A stretch of DNA of 64,000 bases from Halorarum halobium (GCF_032116555.1 NZ_CP134949.1:620001-684000), one strand, 5' to 3'. Numbered from the stretch's first letter, positions 40,734 to 51,285 are shown. Made by a program: numbers and translations. The notes: generated by a model from the letters alone, not told the origin.

Positions 40734-41330
40734 TCACTCGCCCGCTTCGTACCGCGAGACGGCCAGCACCGCGCGCCCGTCGCGCACGTCCCCCGCGAAC
40801 ACGCTCGCCCGGAACTCGTCGTAGTCGGCGACGACGGGACGGATGCTCTCGTCGGCGTCGAGTTCCTGTTCGGCGCTCGGCCGACAGCCGCGCGCGAGGA
40901 AGTAGTGGTGGACCGAGTTGGCGATACCGTTGGCCGGCTCGACGGTCGTCAGGTGGCTCGTCGTCCCCGCCTCGTGGCCGGTCTCCTCGCGGAGCTCCCG
41001 CCGGGCGGCGGCCGCGAGGTCGTCGCCGTCCGTCGCTTCGACCGTCCCGGCCGGCAGCCCGCGGTTCACGCGCCCGACGGCCTGTCGCCACTCCTCGACG
41101 AGCACGACGTCGCCGTCGGGGGTGAAGGGCAGGACGACGACGGTTCCCGGCTCGTCCACGGAGTGGAACTCCGTCTCGCGCCCGCCCGGGAGGCGGACCT
41201 CGTCGCGGCGGACGTCGAAGCCGGGACACGAGTAGTCGACCGCCGAGTCGAGCGTCTCCCAGGCGAGGTCCTCGTCCGGCCCGCCGGACCGTGACGACTC
41301 GCCGCTCCGGTCGAACCCGTCCGTAGTCAT
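40734..41330 (-). CDS. NUDIX hydrolase (ADP-ribose pyrophosphatase-like)
   Basis: GLPAGTVE...AARRELREETG Nudix box. Confidence 0.88.
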   Translation of the reverse strand: MTTDGFDRSGESSRSGGPDEDLAWETLDSAVDYSCPGFDVRRDEVRLPGGRETEFHSVDEPGTVVVLPFTPDGDVVLVEEWRQAVGRVNRGLPAGTVEATDGDDLAAAARRELREETGHEAGTTSHLTTVEPANGIANSVHHYFLARGCRPSAEQELDADESIRPVVADYDEFRASVFAGDVRDGRAVLAVSRYEAGE

Positions 41331-41404
41331 GGCGGGGAATCGCCGCCGCCGGCCAAAAATCGGGGTGGTTCGTGGCCGCCGCGCACGGCCCGTCCCGGCG
41401 GCCG

Positions 41405-42769
41405 TTAGTCGCCGGGCTCGTCGTCGCCGCGATCGCCGTCGCGTACGCTGACGACGACGCCGGCGATCGCCAGCGCGAGCGAGACGAGCGTCAGTCCGAT
41501 CTGGGTCTCGGCGAACCAGACCGGAGCCCAGGGCGCGACGGCCCGGACGCCGACGACGAGCGTCGACAGCACCGGGACGCCGCCGGACCGGTGGACGACG
41601 AGTTCGTCGCCCTCGTACCGCGGGAGGTCCGCCGAGCGGCCGCCGGTCAGTTCGCGGGGCACGCGGTCGGCCTCGTACGGGATGCGCTCGGTCTCGACGC
41701 TCCAGACGACCGTGCCGTTGCCGTCGACCTCGAAGATGCGCTTGTTGAGCGTGTCCGTCACGAGCGTGTGGCCGTTCGGCAGGCGGTCGGCGTCGCGGGG
41801 CCAGCGCAGGTCGAGCCCCTGCGCGCGGTCGAGCACCCACACCGGCTCCCAGGAGCCGTCCTCGGTGCGGTGGAGTTCGACCACGCGGTCGTTGTCCGAG
41901 TCGGCGACGAGCACCGCGCCGTCGCCGAGCCACTGCGGGTTGTGCTGGTGGTTCAGCACGCTCGGGTCGCCACAGCGCACGTCGTCGTCGCCGTCTGTGT
42001 CACGGAGCTGCGTGTTGCTCCGGCAGGAGGCGTCCTCGCCGTCGTCGTCCTCGTTGATGATCTCGACGACCTCGCTCCCGCCGTCGTCGGTCCGTTCGAC
42101 GATCACCAGCTGGTTCGCGTTGCGCACCGAGACCAGGAACCGGTCCTCGCCCACACGGTCGATGTCGTTGACGTGGAGCCAGTCGGTCCGGGTGGGGTCG
42201 GCGGGCGCGTCGTACAGCGTCGAGGCGTTCCACTGCCAGACCACCTCGCCGTTCTCGACGACGATGACCCGCTCGTGGTCCATGTCGGTCATGGCGTAGC
42301 CGCCGCCCGGGAGCGGCTCGGCGTCGTGGATCTCGCTGTTCGACTGGGAGCGGACGGGGAAACTGTACTCCTCGACCACGGTCGGCCCGTCGGCCGCGGC
42401 GGGGTCGATGATGCGGATCCCCGTGTGGGTGCAGGGCGACTCGTACTCGCCACACTGCTCGTAGCCCGAGTCCATGAACCCGGCGAGGACGGTGCCGTCC
42501 TCGAGCCGTTGCACGTCGAAGTAGCTGTCGGCGCTGGCCTCGCGCCAGGCCACGTCGCTCCCGTTCAGCAGGTAGACGCTGCCGTACTGGTGCCATCCCG
42601 TGCCGCCGCCCTGGGAACCGACGAGCGTCTCGTGGCTCGTGTTCTCACCGACGCCGGGCTCGGCCGGCGTTCCGGCCCGGTCGGTGGCGAGGGTGCCGCT
42701 GACGCCGACCGTGAGCCCGAAGAGGAGGACGCCGGCGAGGACCAGCCACGTCCCGCGGTCTGGGGTCAT
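41405..42769 (-). CDS. Membrane-anchored arylsulfotransferase-like beta-propeller protein
   Basis: N-terminal signal/TM, EIHDAE, DWLHVNDID, HQHNP, WPRDADRLPNG, C-terminal TM. Confidence 0.8.
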   Translation of the reverse strand: MTPDRGTWLVLAGVLLFGLTVGVSGTLATDRAGTPAEPGVGENTSHETLVGSQGGGTGWHQYGSVYLLNGSDVAWREASADSYFDVQRLEDGTVLAGFMDSGYEQCGEYESPCTHTGIRIIDPAAADGPTVVEEYSFPVRSQSNSEIHDAEPLPGGGYAMTDMDHERVIVVENGEVVWQWNASTLYDAPADPTRTDWLHVNDIDRVGEDRFLVSVRNANQLVIVERTDDGGSEVVEIINEDDDGEDASCRSNTQLRDTDGDDDVRCGDPSVLNHQHNPQWLGDGAVLVADSDNDRVVELHRTEDGSWEPVWVLDRAQGLDLRWPRDADRLPNGHTLVTDTLNKRIFEVDGNGTVVWSVETERIPYEADRVPRELTGGRSADLPRYEGDELVVHRSGGVPVLSTLVVGVRAVAPWAPVWFAETQIGLTLVSLALAIAGVVVSVRDGDRGDDEPGD

Positions 42770-42920
42770 TGTCTGGACCAGCGGCGGTTTCGGCAAAAGC
42801 TTTCGGCATCGCCGTCGCGCCCCGTCGCCCTCGGCCGCGGTGGCGTCGGTTCCGACCGGTGCCCGTCACGGCTCTCTCGCCCTCCGGCCGTGATCCATCC
42901 CCGACGGGGTCGGGCGGACG

Positions 42921-43133
42921 TCAGGACTGCTCGTTCGGGTCGAAGGCGAAGAACAGGAGCGCCAGCGTGAGCCCCATCGTGACGGCCTCAAGGATCACGG
43001 ATCCGCCGAGCAGCGTGCCGACGAGCAGGTACGACGACGCGGAGACGAGGCCGACGAACGCGGCGTATCCGAGACGGGAGCGGTTCCGCGCCCACTCGTC
43101 GAACCGGCGGTACAGTCGTTTCGTGGCGCTCAT
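42921..43133 (-). CDS. Small hypothetical membrane protein
   Basis: 70 aa, two TMs, ATG start. Confidence 0.6.
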   Translation of the reverse strand: MSATKRLYRRFDEWARNRSRLGYAAFVGLVSASSYLLVGTLLGGSVILEAVTMGLTLALLFFAFDPNEQS

Positions 43134-43239
43134 GCGTCGGGCTCCGGTTGGTGGTCCATCGGCGTTCTTCCGGCCGGGGCGCGCCCCCTTCAGGTCGGCG
43201 TTTTCGGCCCCGTTCGGAACGGGGACGTCGGGGCGTCAA

Positions 43240-43593
43240 CTACCGTGGCGAGTCGGTCCCGGAGTCCGGGTCGACCTCGGGCAGTTCCTCGACCGAGCCC
43301 GCCAGCCCGGCGGCGTCGGCGGCGAGCGTCTCGTAGTCGACGCCGGCCTCCTCGGCGACCGCCCTGAGGTGCGTCGCAAGCAGCGTCAGCGCCCGGAGCC
43401 CCTCCTCCTCGGGCGTGTCGGCGGTCTGTGCGAACGTCGTGTCCACCTCGCCGCCGCGGACGACGCCGACGTGGATCGCGGTGACGTCGTCGGCCTCAAG
43501 CAGGGCCCGCGCGTTCGCCAGCTCCCGGTCGAACGTCGTCCCGCCCGCGGCGTCGCCGGTCCCGTCCCGGTCGTCGGACTCGTCCTCGCTCAT
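43240..43593 (-). CDS. Hypothetical acidic protein
   Basis: 117-aa acidic ORF with typical codon usage. Confidence 0.7.
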   Translation of the reverse strand: MSEDESDDRDGTGDAAGGTTFDRELANARALLEADDVTAIHVGVVRGGEVDTTFAQTADTPEEEGLRALTLLATHLRAVAEEAGVDYETLAADAAGLAGSVEELPEVDPDSGTDSPR

Positions 43594-43659
43594 GGCTCGA
43601 CCGTCGGTCGACCGGGAGAAAAGCGCGTCGTCGCGGAATCGGTTCGTCGTCGGAACGGT

Positions 43660-44556
43660 TCAGTCCGGGCGGGGCCGGGAGGTGAACACCGTGGAGACGA
43701 TCTGGAACGGCACGTAGACCGACTGGTGGCACGGGCAGTAGACGCCGTTTTCGGCGTCGTACCGCGCCGACCCCTCGTTCTCCTTGAACCCCGGGACACA
43801 GCAGAAGTGGGTACACTTGTTCAGCCACGCGATGAACCCCTGGGAGGTGGACGCCTGGAGCCACTCCTGGGTGTCCCCGTCGGCCTCGTACGTCTCGCCG
43901 TTGGGGGCCCGGACCGACCCGCTGTTCGCGAGCTCCTCGATGAGCGGACTCCGGAGCAGCTGGATGGTGATGACGTCCTCGGTTCCCTGTGAGCGCCAGG
44001 TCCCGGTCGCGGGCTTACCCATGCCCTCGACGCCGATGCCGTTGCCCCAGGTCTCGTAGTCCGAGAACAGGTCGACCGTGAACCGGTCGCCGCCGCTCAT
44101 CGCGTCCGCCTGCCACTGGTAGGCCGGATCGGCGCCGGAGTGGAAGTAGTTCCCGCCCTCGGGCTCGAACCCCGGCTGGATGCCGGTGTACGTCTCGACG
44201 CCGCAGTACTGGAACCACTCCGAGGAGTACGTCTGTCCGCCCATGTCCATTTCGGCCACCTGGACCTGGACGCCCTGCTCGGTCGTGGAGGTGACCTCGG
44301 GCCACACCCCGCGGATCGCGCCGTCGCCGTCGATCTCGATGGGGATCTGGGGCATGCCGCGGGGCGCCGGCCCCGCGGTGTTCTCGATGGCCATCGCCTG
44401 GGTGGTCCCGCCACCCGACCCGCCGGATGCGGTGACGCTGTTGACCGTCGCCGAGCCGACGGCACCGACGCCGGCCAGCGACGCACCCCCCACGACGCCC
44501 TTGACGAACCGGCGACGTCCGGAGTCGCCCGGGTACTTGTCGTCGTCTACGCTCAT
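43660..44556 (-). CDS. Rieske 2Fe-2S protein (PetA-like), Tat-exported
   Basis: GRRRFVK Tat motif; CTHFCC and CPCHQS Rieske boxes. Confidence 0.9.
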   Translation of the reverse strand: MSVDDDKYPGDSGRRRFVKGVVGGASLAGVGAVGSATVNSVTASGGSGGGTTQAMAIENTAGPAPRGMPQIPIEIDGDGAIRGVWPEVTSTTEQGVQVQVAEMDMGGQTYSSEWFQYCGVETYTGIQPGFEPEGGNYFHSGADPAYQWQADAMSGGDRFTVDLFSDYETWGNGIGVEGMGKPATGTWRSQGTEDVITIQLLRSPLIEELANSGSVRAPNGETYEADGDTQEWLQASTSQGFIAWLNKCTHFCCVPGFKENEGSARYDAENGVYCPCHQSVYVPFQIVSTVFTSRPRPD

Positions 44557-44804
44557 AGCGGGGAGTCGGCGGGGACGATGCAAAAGCCTGACGAAAGGCC
44601 GAACACGCCCGCAGTCGCGGAGTATTCCGGCTTCCGTCGGGCCCCTGCCGCTCCGGGGATTCTCCGGTCGTCCCGCTCGCCACGACGGACCGGACGATAC
44701 GTCCCCCGCACCGGCGCGAGCCGACCTTCACGATTATTTCAGTTCGGAGGCAATTTTTCGACGAACCGGGAAAGGCTCTACCCCACGGAGGGGTATGACA
44801 TGAT

Positions 44805-47501
44805 ATGGCAAGCGACGAGCGCGACGTCCGGCGGGACGTGCGCGAACTGGGCGCGCTCCTCGGCGAGGTCGTGGAGCAACAGACCTCCCTCTCCGCCTTC
44901 GAGGCGGTCGAGGACGCACGGACCGGGGCGATCGACTACCGACGCGGGTCGGCCGACAGCCGGGAGTCACTTCGAGACCGGCTCTCGGGACTGGACCCCG
45001 AGACGACGCGGACGGTCGCACGGGCGTTCGCGACGTACTTCGAACTGGTCAACGTCGCGGAGGAGCGCGAACGGGTGCGCGCGGTCCGGCGCGGCGAGGA
45101 CGACGGGACGCTCCCCGACGGGCTGAGCGCGACCGTCGACGCGCTCGACGAGGTGGACGACGACCTCGCCCAGCGCGCGCTCGAGGACGTCCGCGTCGTC
45201 CCGACGTTCACCGCCCACCCGACCGAGGCGCGCCGAAAGACGGTGAAGGCGAAGCTCAGGGAGGTCTCGAACGTGCTCGCGGAGCTCGACGAGCGCCGGC
45301 TCACCGACCGCGAGACGGCCTCGTTCGGCCGGGACCTCGAGTCCGAGGTGGAGTCGCTGTGGGCGACCCGGCAGGTTCGCCCCCGTCGCCCGACGCCGAC
45401 CGACGAGGCGCGCGACGTGCGCTGGTACCTGGAGGGGACGCTGTTCGACGTCGTCGGCGACGCGTACGACTCGCTGGCGGACGCGGTGAAGGACGCTCAT
45501 CCCGGCGTCGACGTCCCCGAAGTGCTCTCGTTCCGCTCGTGGGCGGGCAGCGACCGCGACGGCAACCCGCACGTCACGCCCGAGGTCACGAGCGAGACGC
45601 TCGCCGCCCAGCGCGACGCGGTGCTCGCCCGGTACGACGAGGAACTGGCCGCGCTCGCGGGTGCGGTGAGCCACGAGGGGAGTCGGCTCTCCCACACCGA
45701 GGCGTTCGACGCCGAGGTGGCGACCCAGCGCGACGCGGCCCCGCGCCCGGCCGACGAGGCCGACGAGCGCTACCCGGAGGAGCCGTACCGCCGGCTCGTC
45801 TCCCTGCTCCGGTCGCGGCTGGACCGGGTGGACGACCTGCGCCCGGGCGGGTTCGACGACGCCGAGGAACTGACCGTGGCGCTCTCCGCGCTCGCGTCCG
45901 ACCTCAGGGCGAACGGCCACGACTCGGTCGCGGCCGAACACGTCGACCCGCTCGTCCGCCGCGTGGAGACGTTCGGCTTCTCGCTCGCCTCGCTCGACCT
46001 GCGCGACCACCAGGAGAACCACACCGAGACCGTCGCGGCGGTCCTCGACCGCGAGGGGGTCGACTACGCCGGGATGGACGAGGACGACCGGGTCGAGGTG
46101 CTCACCGAATCGGTGCTCGGGGAGTCGGTCGGCAGCCTCGAGACGGCCGACCTCGACGACACGCCGGCCCGCGTCTGCGAGCGCTTCGACGCGCTGGCCG
46201 GCTGGCACGCCGAGTACGGCGCCGACGCCATCGACGCCTACTGCATCTCGATGACCGAGGAGCCGTCCCACGTCCTCGAGGTGCTCTACCTCGCGGACCT
46301 GGCCGGGGTCGTCTCCCTGCCCGAACACTGCGGGCTCGACGTGGTGCCGCTGCTGGAGACCGCGTCAGCGCTGGCGAACGCCCGCGACATCCTCGGCACG
46401 CTCGTGGACAACGACGCCTACGGCGCGGCGCTCACGGCCCGCGGCGGCGTGCAGGAGGTGATGCTCGGCTACTCGGACTCGAACAAGGAGAACGGCCCGC
46501 TCGCGGCGTCATGGGACCTCCACCGGAACGCGCGTCGGCTCGCTGAGGTGGCCGAGGACGTGGGCGTTGACCTCCGACTGTTCCACGGGCGCGGCGGCTC
46601 CATCTCGCGGGGCGGCGGCCCGATGAACGAGGCGCTGCTCGCGCTCCCGCCCGAGACGGCGACGGGGGAGGTGAAGTTCACCGAGCAGGGCGAGGCCATC
46701 GCCGAGAAGTACGCGAACCCGCGCGTCGCCGGGCGTGAACTCGAACAGATGCTCGACGCGCAGGTTCGGGCCCGGCTCCGACAGCTCACGGGCGAGGCGA
46801 CCGAGCCGAAACCCGAGTGGGAGGACGCGATGGACGTCGCCGCCGAGGGTGCCCGGTCGGCCTACCGCGACCTGCTGGACACCGACGGCTTCGTCCGGTA
46901 CTTCGAGACGGCGACGCCGCTCACGGTCATCGAGGACCTGAACATGGGCTCGCGGCCCGCCTCCCGCAGCGGCGAGCGCAGCGTCGAGGACCTCCGCGCC
47001 ATCCCCTGGGTGTTCTCGTGGACCCAGTCCCGCGCCATCCTGCCGGGCTGGTACTCGGTCGCCGCGGGGCTCGACGCGTATCTCGACGGCGACGGGGGGA
47101 GCGAGGGCGGCGACCTCGGCACGCTCCGCGAGATGTACGAGGAGTGGCCGTTCTTCCGGACGACGGTGGACCACATCGGCCTCTCGCTGGCCCGCACGGA
47201 ACTCGAGATCGCCGCCGAGTACGCCGAACTCGCGCCGTCGGAGCTCCGGGAGCGCTTCTTCCCGGAGATCAGGCGGGAGTACGAGCGCGCGGTCGAACTG
47301 GTCCGGGCCATCACGGGCCGCGAGACGCTCCCGCGCCGGGAGTGGCTCGTCGAGAACCTCGAACGCCGGAACCCGTACGTCGACCCGCTGAACCTCCTGC
47401 AGGTCCAGTTGCTCGGCCGGACCCACCGGACCGAGGCCGAGGAGCGCGCCCTGCGGCTCACGGTGAAGGGCATCGCGGCCGGGATGAAGAACACGGGCTA
47501 G
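44805..47501 (+). CDS. ppc: Phosphoenolpyruvate carboxylase (bacterial/plant type)
   Basis: TAHPTE, GSDRDGNP, MLGYSDSNKE, FHGRGGSISRGG, LRAIPWVFSW, C-terminal MKNTG. Confidence 0.96.
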   Translation: MASDERDVRRDVRELGALLGEVVEQQTSLSAFEAVEDARTGAIDYRRGSADSRESLRDRLSGLDPETTRTVARAFATYFELVNVAEERERVRAVRRGEDDGTLPDGLSATVDALDEVDDDLAQRALEDVRVVPTFTAHPTEARRKTVKAKLREVSNVLAELDERRLTDRETASFGRDLESEVESLWATRQVRPRRPTPTDEARDVRWYLEGTLFDVVGDAYDSLADAVKDAHPGVDVPEVLSFRSWAGSDRDGNPHVTPEVTSETLAAQRDAVLARYDEELAALAGAVSHEGSRLSHTEAFDAEVATQRDAAPRPADEADERYPEEPYRRLVSLLRSRLDRVDDLRPGGFDDAEELTVALSALASDLRANGHDSVAAEHVDPLVRRVETFGFSLASLDLRDHQENHTETVAAVLDREGVDYAGMDEDDRVEVLTESVLGESVGSLETADLDDTPARVCERFDALAGWHAEYGADAIDAYCISMTEEPSHVLEVLYLADLAGVVSLPEHCGLDVVPLLETASALANARDILGTLVDNDAYGAALTARGGVQEVMLGYSDSNKENGPLAASWDLHRNARRLAEVAEDVGVDLRLFHGRGGSISRGGGPMNEALLALPPETATGEVKFTEQGEAIAEKYANPRVAGRELEQMLDAQVRARLRQLTGEATEPKPEWEDAMDVAAEGARSAYRDLLDTDGFVRYFETATPLTVIEDLNMGSRPASRSGERSVEDLRAIPWVFSWTQSRAILPGWYSVAAGLDAYLDGDGGSEGGDLGTLREMYEEWPFFRTTVDHIGLSLARTELEIAAEYAELAPSELRERFFPEIRREYERAVELVRAITGRETLPRREWLVENLERRNPYVDPLNLLQVQLLGRTHRTEAEERALRLTVKGIAAGMKNTG

Positions 47502-47737
47502 GGCCGGAGCAGTTTCGCCGCGAGCCTGACCGTTCCAGCGCCGAAGACGGCGACGGTGGCGGTCACGGCGAGCAGCGCGAGCGCGGCGGTGAGTGCGCCG
47601 TCGATGCTCTCGGCGCCCGCGACCCGCGTCAACAGCGCGCCCAGCAGCGCGAACAGGACGGCGACGCCGAGGACGAGACGGACGGCCGGACGAGGGGGCC
47701 CCCCGTCGGGTGCGTCCGTGGTGGAGGTGTCTGGCAT
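47498..47737 (-). CDS. Small hypothetical membrane protein
   Basis: Two hydrophobic segments; ATG 47737. Confidence 0.5.
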   Translation of the reverse strand: MPDTSTTDAPDGGPPRPAVRLVLGVAVLFALLGALLTRVAGAESIDGALTAALALLAVTATVAVFGAGTVRLAAKLLRP

Positions 47738-47875
47738 GGCGTCCCGACGGACGGGCCCGTGGGGGATAAGACTCGGCCAGGCGTTCGGTGAAAGTAAATG
47801 TGGTCGGTCGACTGCCACGCTCGGCGGTTCGCTACGGGCTCACCGCCTCCGTTTCCGACCGCCGTCCGCCGCGAC

Positions 47876-48679
47876 CTACGGTCGCGCGTTCCACGGCGCT
47901 TCCTCGAAATCCACGATCCGGCGGCGCTCGTCGAGCGCGTCGATCGTGGCGACGTCCTCATCGTCGAGTTCGAGGTCGGTCGCGGCCAGGTTCTCGCGGA
48001 TGTGGGCTCCGCCAGTCGCCTTCGGGATGGCGGCGATCTCGTCCTTCGAGAGCAGCCACGCGAGGCTCACCTGCGCGGGCGAGGCGTCGTGCGTGTCCGC
48101 GATGGACACGAGTTCGGGCACGTCCGCGACCTGGTTGCGCGCGATGGGGCAGTAGGCGACGAGCCAGTGGTCGTCCTCGCGCGCGATCTCCCGGAGTTCC
48201 TCCTGCTGGAGCAACGGGTGACACTCGACCTGGTGGGCGAAGACGGGCGCGTCGAGCAGGTCGCGTGCCTCCCGTAGTTGATCCGGTCGGAAGTTCGAGA
48301 GGCCGACGTTGCGGACCAGCCCCTCGTCGACGAGGTCGTCGAGCGCGCGGCACGTCTCGGGCGCGTCGTAGGTGTTGATCGGCCAGTGGACGTACAGCAG
48401 GTCGATCGCGTCGACGCCGAGCGCCTCGGCGCTCCCGCGGGCCGACTCGACCGCGTCGTCGTACGCGAGGTTCCCCGTCGCCAGCTTCGTCGCCACGAAG
48501 ACGTCCTCGCGGTCCACGTCGGCGGCCGCGAGCGCGTCGCCGACGGCCGCCTCGTTCTCGTAGCTCTGGGCCGTGTCGACGTGGCGGTAGCCGGCCGCGA
48601 GGCCGATCTCGACGCTCTCGGTACACTGGTCGCCGTCGAGCTGGTAGGTGCCCTGACCGAACCGGCGGAACCGTGGCAT
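47876..48679 (-). CDS. Aldo/keto reductase
   Basis: GYRHVDTAQSYENE, DLLYVHWP, GLSNF, AYCP, IPKA. Confidence 0.92.
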   Translation of the reverse strand: MPRFRRFGQGTYQLDGDQCTESVEIGLAAGYRHVDTAQSYENEAAVGDALAAADVDREDVFVATKLATGNLAYDDAVESARGSAEALGVDAIDLLYVHWPINTYDAPETCRALDDLVDEGLVRNVGLSNFRPDQLREARDLLDAPVFAHQVECHPLLQQEELREIAREDDHWLVAYCPIARNQVADVPELVSIADTHDASPAQVSLAWLLSKDEIAAIPKATGGAHIRENLAATDLELDDEDVATIDALDERRRIVDFEEAPWNARP

Positions 48680-48847
48680 GGTGAACGGGTGAACGTTCGT
48701 CGCCGCGGGCGTGAATCCGTCGGTGCCGGCGGCGGTGGCCGGGTCGAGGCTTCGGGTGCCAGTTCGGGCGTGGCCGCGGTCGTTCAGACGGGACTCCCTC
48801 GGGAAATCGGCGACAAGAGGTAACCCCGTCGAGGTACAAGCCACCGC

Positions 48848-49177
48848 ATGGCCGACGACGACACCGAGCGCGAGGGAGGCGTCGACTTCTCGGCGATCAA
48901 CCCGCTACTGGCGGAGCTCTCGTATCCGGTGACCGCGGAGGAACTCGTCGAACGGCACGGCGACAGGGAGTTGAAGCCGACCAACGCCGAGCCAATCTCG
49001 ATCGCGGAGCTGTTCGAGCCGATGGGCGACGCGACGTTCGAGTCGGCCGAGGAGGTGCGCCGGATGGCGCTCGGCCAGATGCCCAGCGAGTCGGTCGGCA
49101 GGGAGGGGTACTCGGACCGCGGCACCGACGTCGACACGGGGGACGAGGACGAGGCGGCCGGGGACGAGTCGTTCTGA
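48848..49177 (+). CDS. Small acidic haloarchaeal protein (DUF5789-like), paralog of 10281..10610
   Basis: LSYPVTAEELVERHGDRE...MPSESVGREGYSDRG. Confidence 0.75.
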   Translation: MADDDTEREGGVDFSAINPLLAELSYPVTAEELVERHGDRELKPTNAEPISIAELFEPMGDATFESAEEVRRMALGQMPSESVGREGYSDRGTDVDTGDEDEAAGDESF

Positions 49178-49308
49178 TCCGGTCGCGGGCGAGTTCGACC
49201 CGGCCAGCGACGGAGAAATCGCCGACGGCAGTAGGGTGATTGCACGCCGATATAATGCTTATCGGTAACACTTAACAAGGGCTCGGCGGCTACCATCAGT
49301 TGCACGGC

Positions 49309-49665
49309 ATGTTCGAACGCTTCTCAAGCGGCTACTACCTCGGTCGGCTGTACGTCCAGCCCCGGGGAGAGAGCGAGGCGGCGATCAGGCGCGACGACCA
49401 CGAGCGGGTCAACGAACAGCTCTACGCCACAGGAGCGGGCGTGGAGCGACTCGACAACCCGCTCGTGATGAAAGTCGGCACGCGCCACTATCCGGTCGTC
49501 GGCGACGACGACGTGCCGCGGGGCACGCTGACGCTGCCACGGGACGCGGTGCCGGGCGATCTGGAGGGGAGGCTCCCGGCACGCCACGAGGTGCTGCTCG
49601 CCAACGCCGAGCGCGCCGAGGACATGCTCCAGTACACCGGCTGGGAGGGAGAATCGAGCGCGTAA
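49309..49665 (+). CDS. Conserved haloarchaeal protein (DUF5802-like)
   Basis: MFERFSSGYYLGRLYVQP...PLVMK. Confidence 0.75.
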   Translation: MFERFSSGYYLGRLYVQPRGESEAAIRRDDHERVNEQLYATGAGVERLDNPLVMKVGTRHYPVVGDDDVPRGTLTLPRDAVPGDLEGRLPARHEVLLANAERAEDMLQYTGWEGESSA

Positions 49666-49759
49666 CACCCCGGACGGACGGTCGGTCCGGACCAGCCGCC
49701 CGATTTCACCTCCGCCGCGGATGGTGGACAGCCAAGTACCCGCCGGCGGAGGTTCCGCC

Positions 49760-50254
49760 ATGGAGACGACCCGACACCTGACCGCGACCGTCTACGTCGT
49801 CAACGACGGCGCGACCGCCCTCCACGAACACGAGCGCATGGGGATCACCATCCCGCCCGGCGGCCACGTGGACCGCGGGGAACTCCCCCACGAGGCCGGC
49901 CTCCGCGAGGTCCGCGAGGAGACCGGCCTCGACGCGACGCTCGTCGACGACGCGCCGAGCGTGGACGCGCCGGCCGGCCGCGCGCTCCCCCGACCGCGCC
50001 ACCAGATGCTCTACGACGTCAACGTCCACGAGGACGGGACGGTCGGCCACCAGCACGTCGACCAGCTCTTCTTCGCGTCCGCGGCGGACCGGGCCTTCGA
50101 CCCGGCCGACGGCGAGGAAGGGGCCGACTCCTGGGACTGGTACACGCCCGGGGAGCTCCGCGACGACGACGCCGTGGCCGCCGACGTGGCCGAACTCGGC
50201 ACGGAGGCCATCGAGACGGTCGAAGCCGCCGAAGCGGCGAACGCGACCCGCTGA
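49760..50254 (+). CDS. NUDIX hydrolase
   Basis: PPGGHVDRGELPHEAGLREVREETG. Confidence 0.88.
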   Translation: METTRHLTATVYVVNDGATALHEHERMGITIPPGGHVDRGELPHEAGLREVREETGLDATLVDDAPSVDAPAGRALPRPRHQMLYDVNVHEDGTVGHQHVDQLFFASAADRAFDPADGEEGADSWDWYTPGELRDDDAVAADVAELGTEAIETVEAAEAANATR

Positions 50255-50305
50255 ACGTCGCCACCTTCGGGCACCTTTTTCCGGCCCCGTGTCGCGCACT
50301 CGGGT

Positions 50306-51193
50306 ATGCTCGACCGACTCCTCGGGCGCGCCGGCCTGAAGGCGCGCATCGAGGACCTCGAGGACGAACGCGACTCGCTCCGGGGGAAACTCGACGGCGA
50401 GGCCGAACGCCGCCGCGAGGCGGTCCACCGACGCCAGGAGGCCGAGGAGCGCGTCAACGACCTCGAACACCGCATCGAGGAGCTGGAGGACCGCGTCGAC
50501 CGCGCGGAGGGTGAGGAGGCCGGCCCGTCCCCGCGCGGCACGGAGACGCTCGGCCGGGGGCGACTCGATTCGGTTCTCTCGCGCCTCCGGAGCGTCGAGG
50601 CCGGTGCGGAGGGCGCGCTCTCGGCGATGGTGACCGACGAGGTTCCCGACGCGCTCGCGGATCAACTCGGCGACCGAGCGCCGCTCGTCCGCCGCGCGGC
50701 CCCGACGCTCGTCTACCACGACGACGCCGGCCTCGTCTCGTGCGCGCTCGACCCGCCGCTCGCGCCCGAGCCGTTCTGCGAGTGGGCCGAGGCGTTCCGG
50801 GTCGAGGAGTCGTGGTTCCGGCCGACGGGACGGCTCGCGTTCGGCCTCGTCCGCTCGGACACGTTCGGCCTAGGGGTGTACGAGGACGGCGAGCGCGTCT
50901 CATTCGAGGGCGTCACGACCGACGTGATGAGCGAACACGACAAGGGCGGCTACTCGCAGGCCCGGTTCGAACGGATCCGGGACGAACAGATCGACGAGCA
51001 CCTCGACCGCTGTCGGGAACTGCTGGCCGACGTGGACGCGGAGCGGGTCGTCCTCGTCGGCGAGCGCACGGTGCTGACCGAGGTGCGCGAGCACGCCGAC
51101 CACACCGCCGGGAGCGACGCGACCGGCGACCCCGAGGACGCGCTCGCGGACGCCTTCGAGGACTTCTGGACCGCGACGCTGCGGCTGCTCTGA
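50306..51193 (+). CDS. VLRF1 (Vms1/ANKZF1-like, aeRF1 superfamily) protein with N-terminal coiled coil
   Basis: HDKGGYSQARFERIRD GGxSQ loop; N-terminal heptad-rich segment. Confidence 0.8.
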   Translation: MLDRLLGRAGLKARIEDLEDERDSLRGKLDGEAERRREAVHRRQEAEERVNDLEHRIEELEDRVDRAEGEEAGPSPRGTETLGRGRLDSVLSRLRSVEAGAEGALSAMVTDEVPDALADQLGDRAPLVRRAAPTLVYHDDAGLVSCALDPPLAPEPFCEWAEAFRVEESWFRPTGRLAFGLVRSDTFGLGVYEDGERVSFEGVTTDVMSEHDKGGYSQARFERIRDEQIDEHLDRCRELLADVDAERVVLVGERTVLTEVREHADHTAGSDATGDPEDALADAFEDFWTATLRLL

Positions 51194-51285
51194 GGCGATC
51201 GGGCGTCACGAACGGGCGTCGGGATCGGCCCAGGCCCCAACCGGATCGCCCCCACATTTACGGGGCGAAGCCGGGAGCGTCCACC

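Noticed and set aside
44805..47501. Bacterial-type PEP carboxylase in an archaeon as evidence of recent horizontal transfer
   Set aside because: Haloarchaea are known to carry this type, and GC content and acidity match the host.
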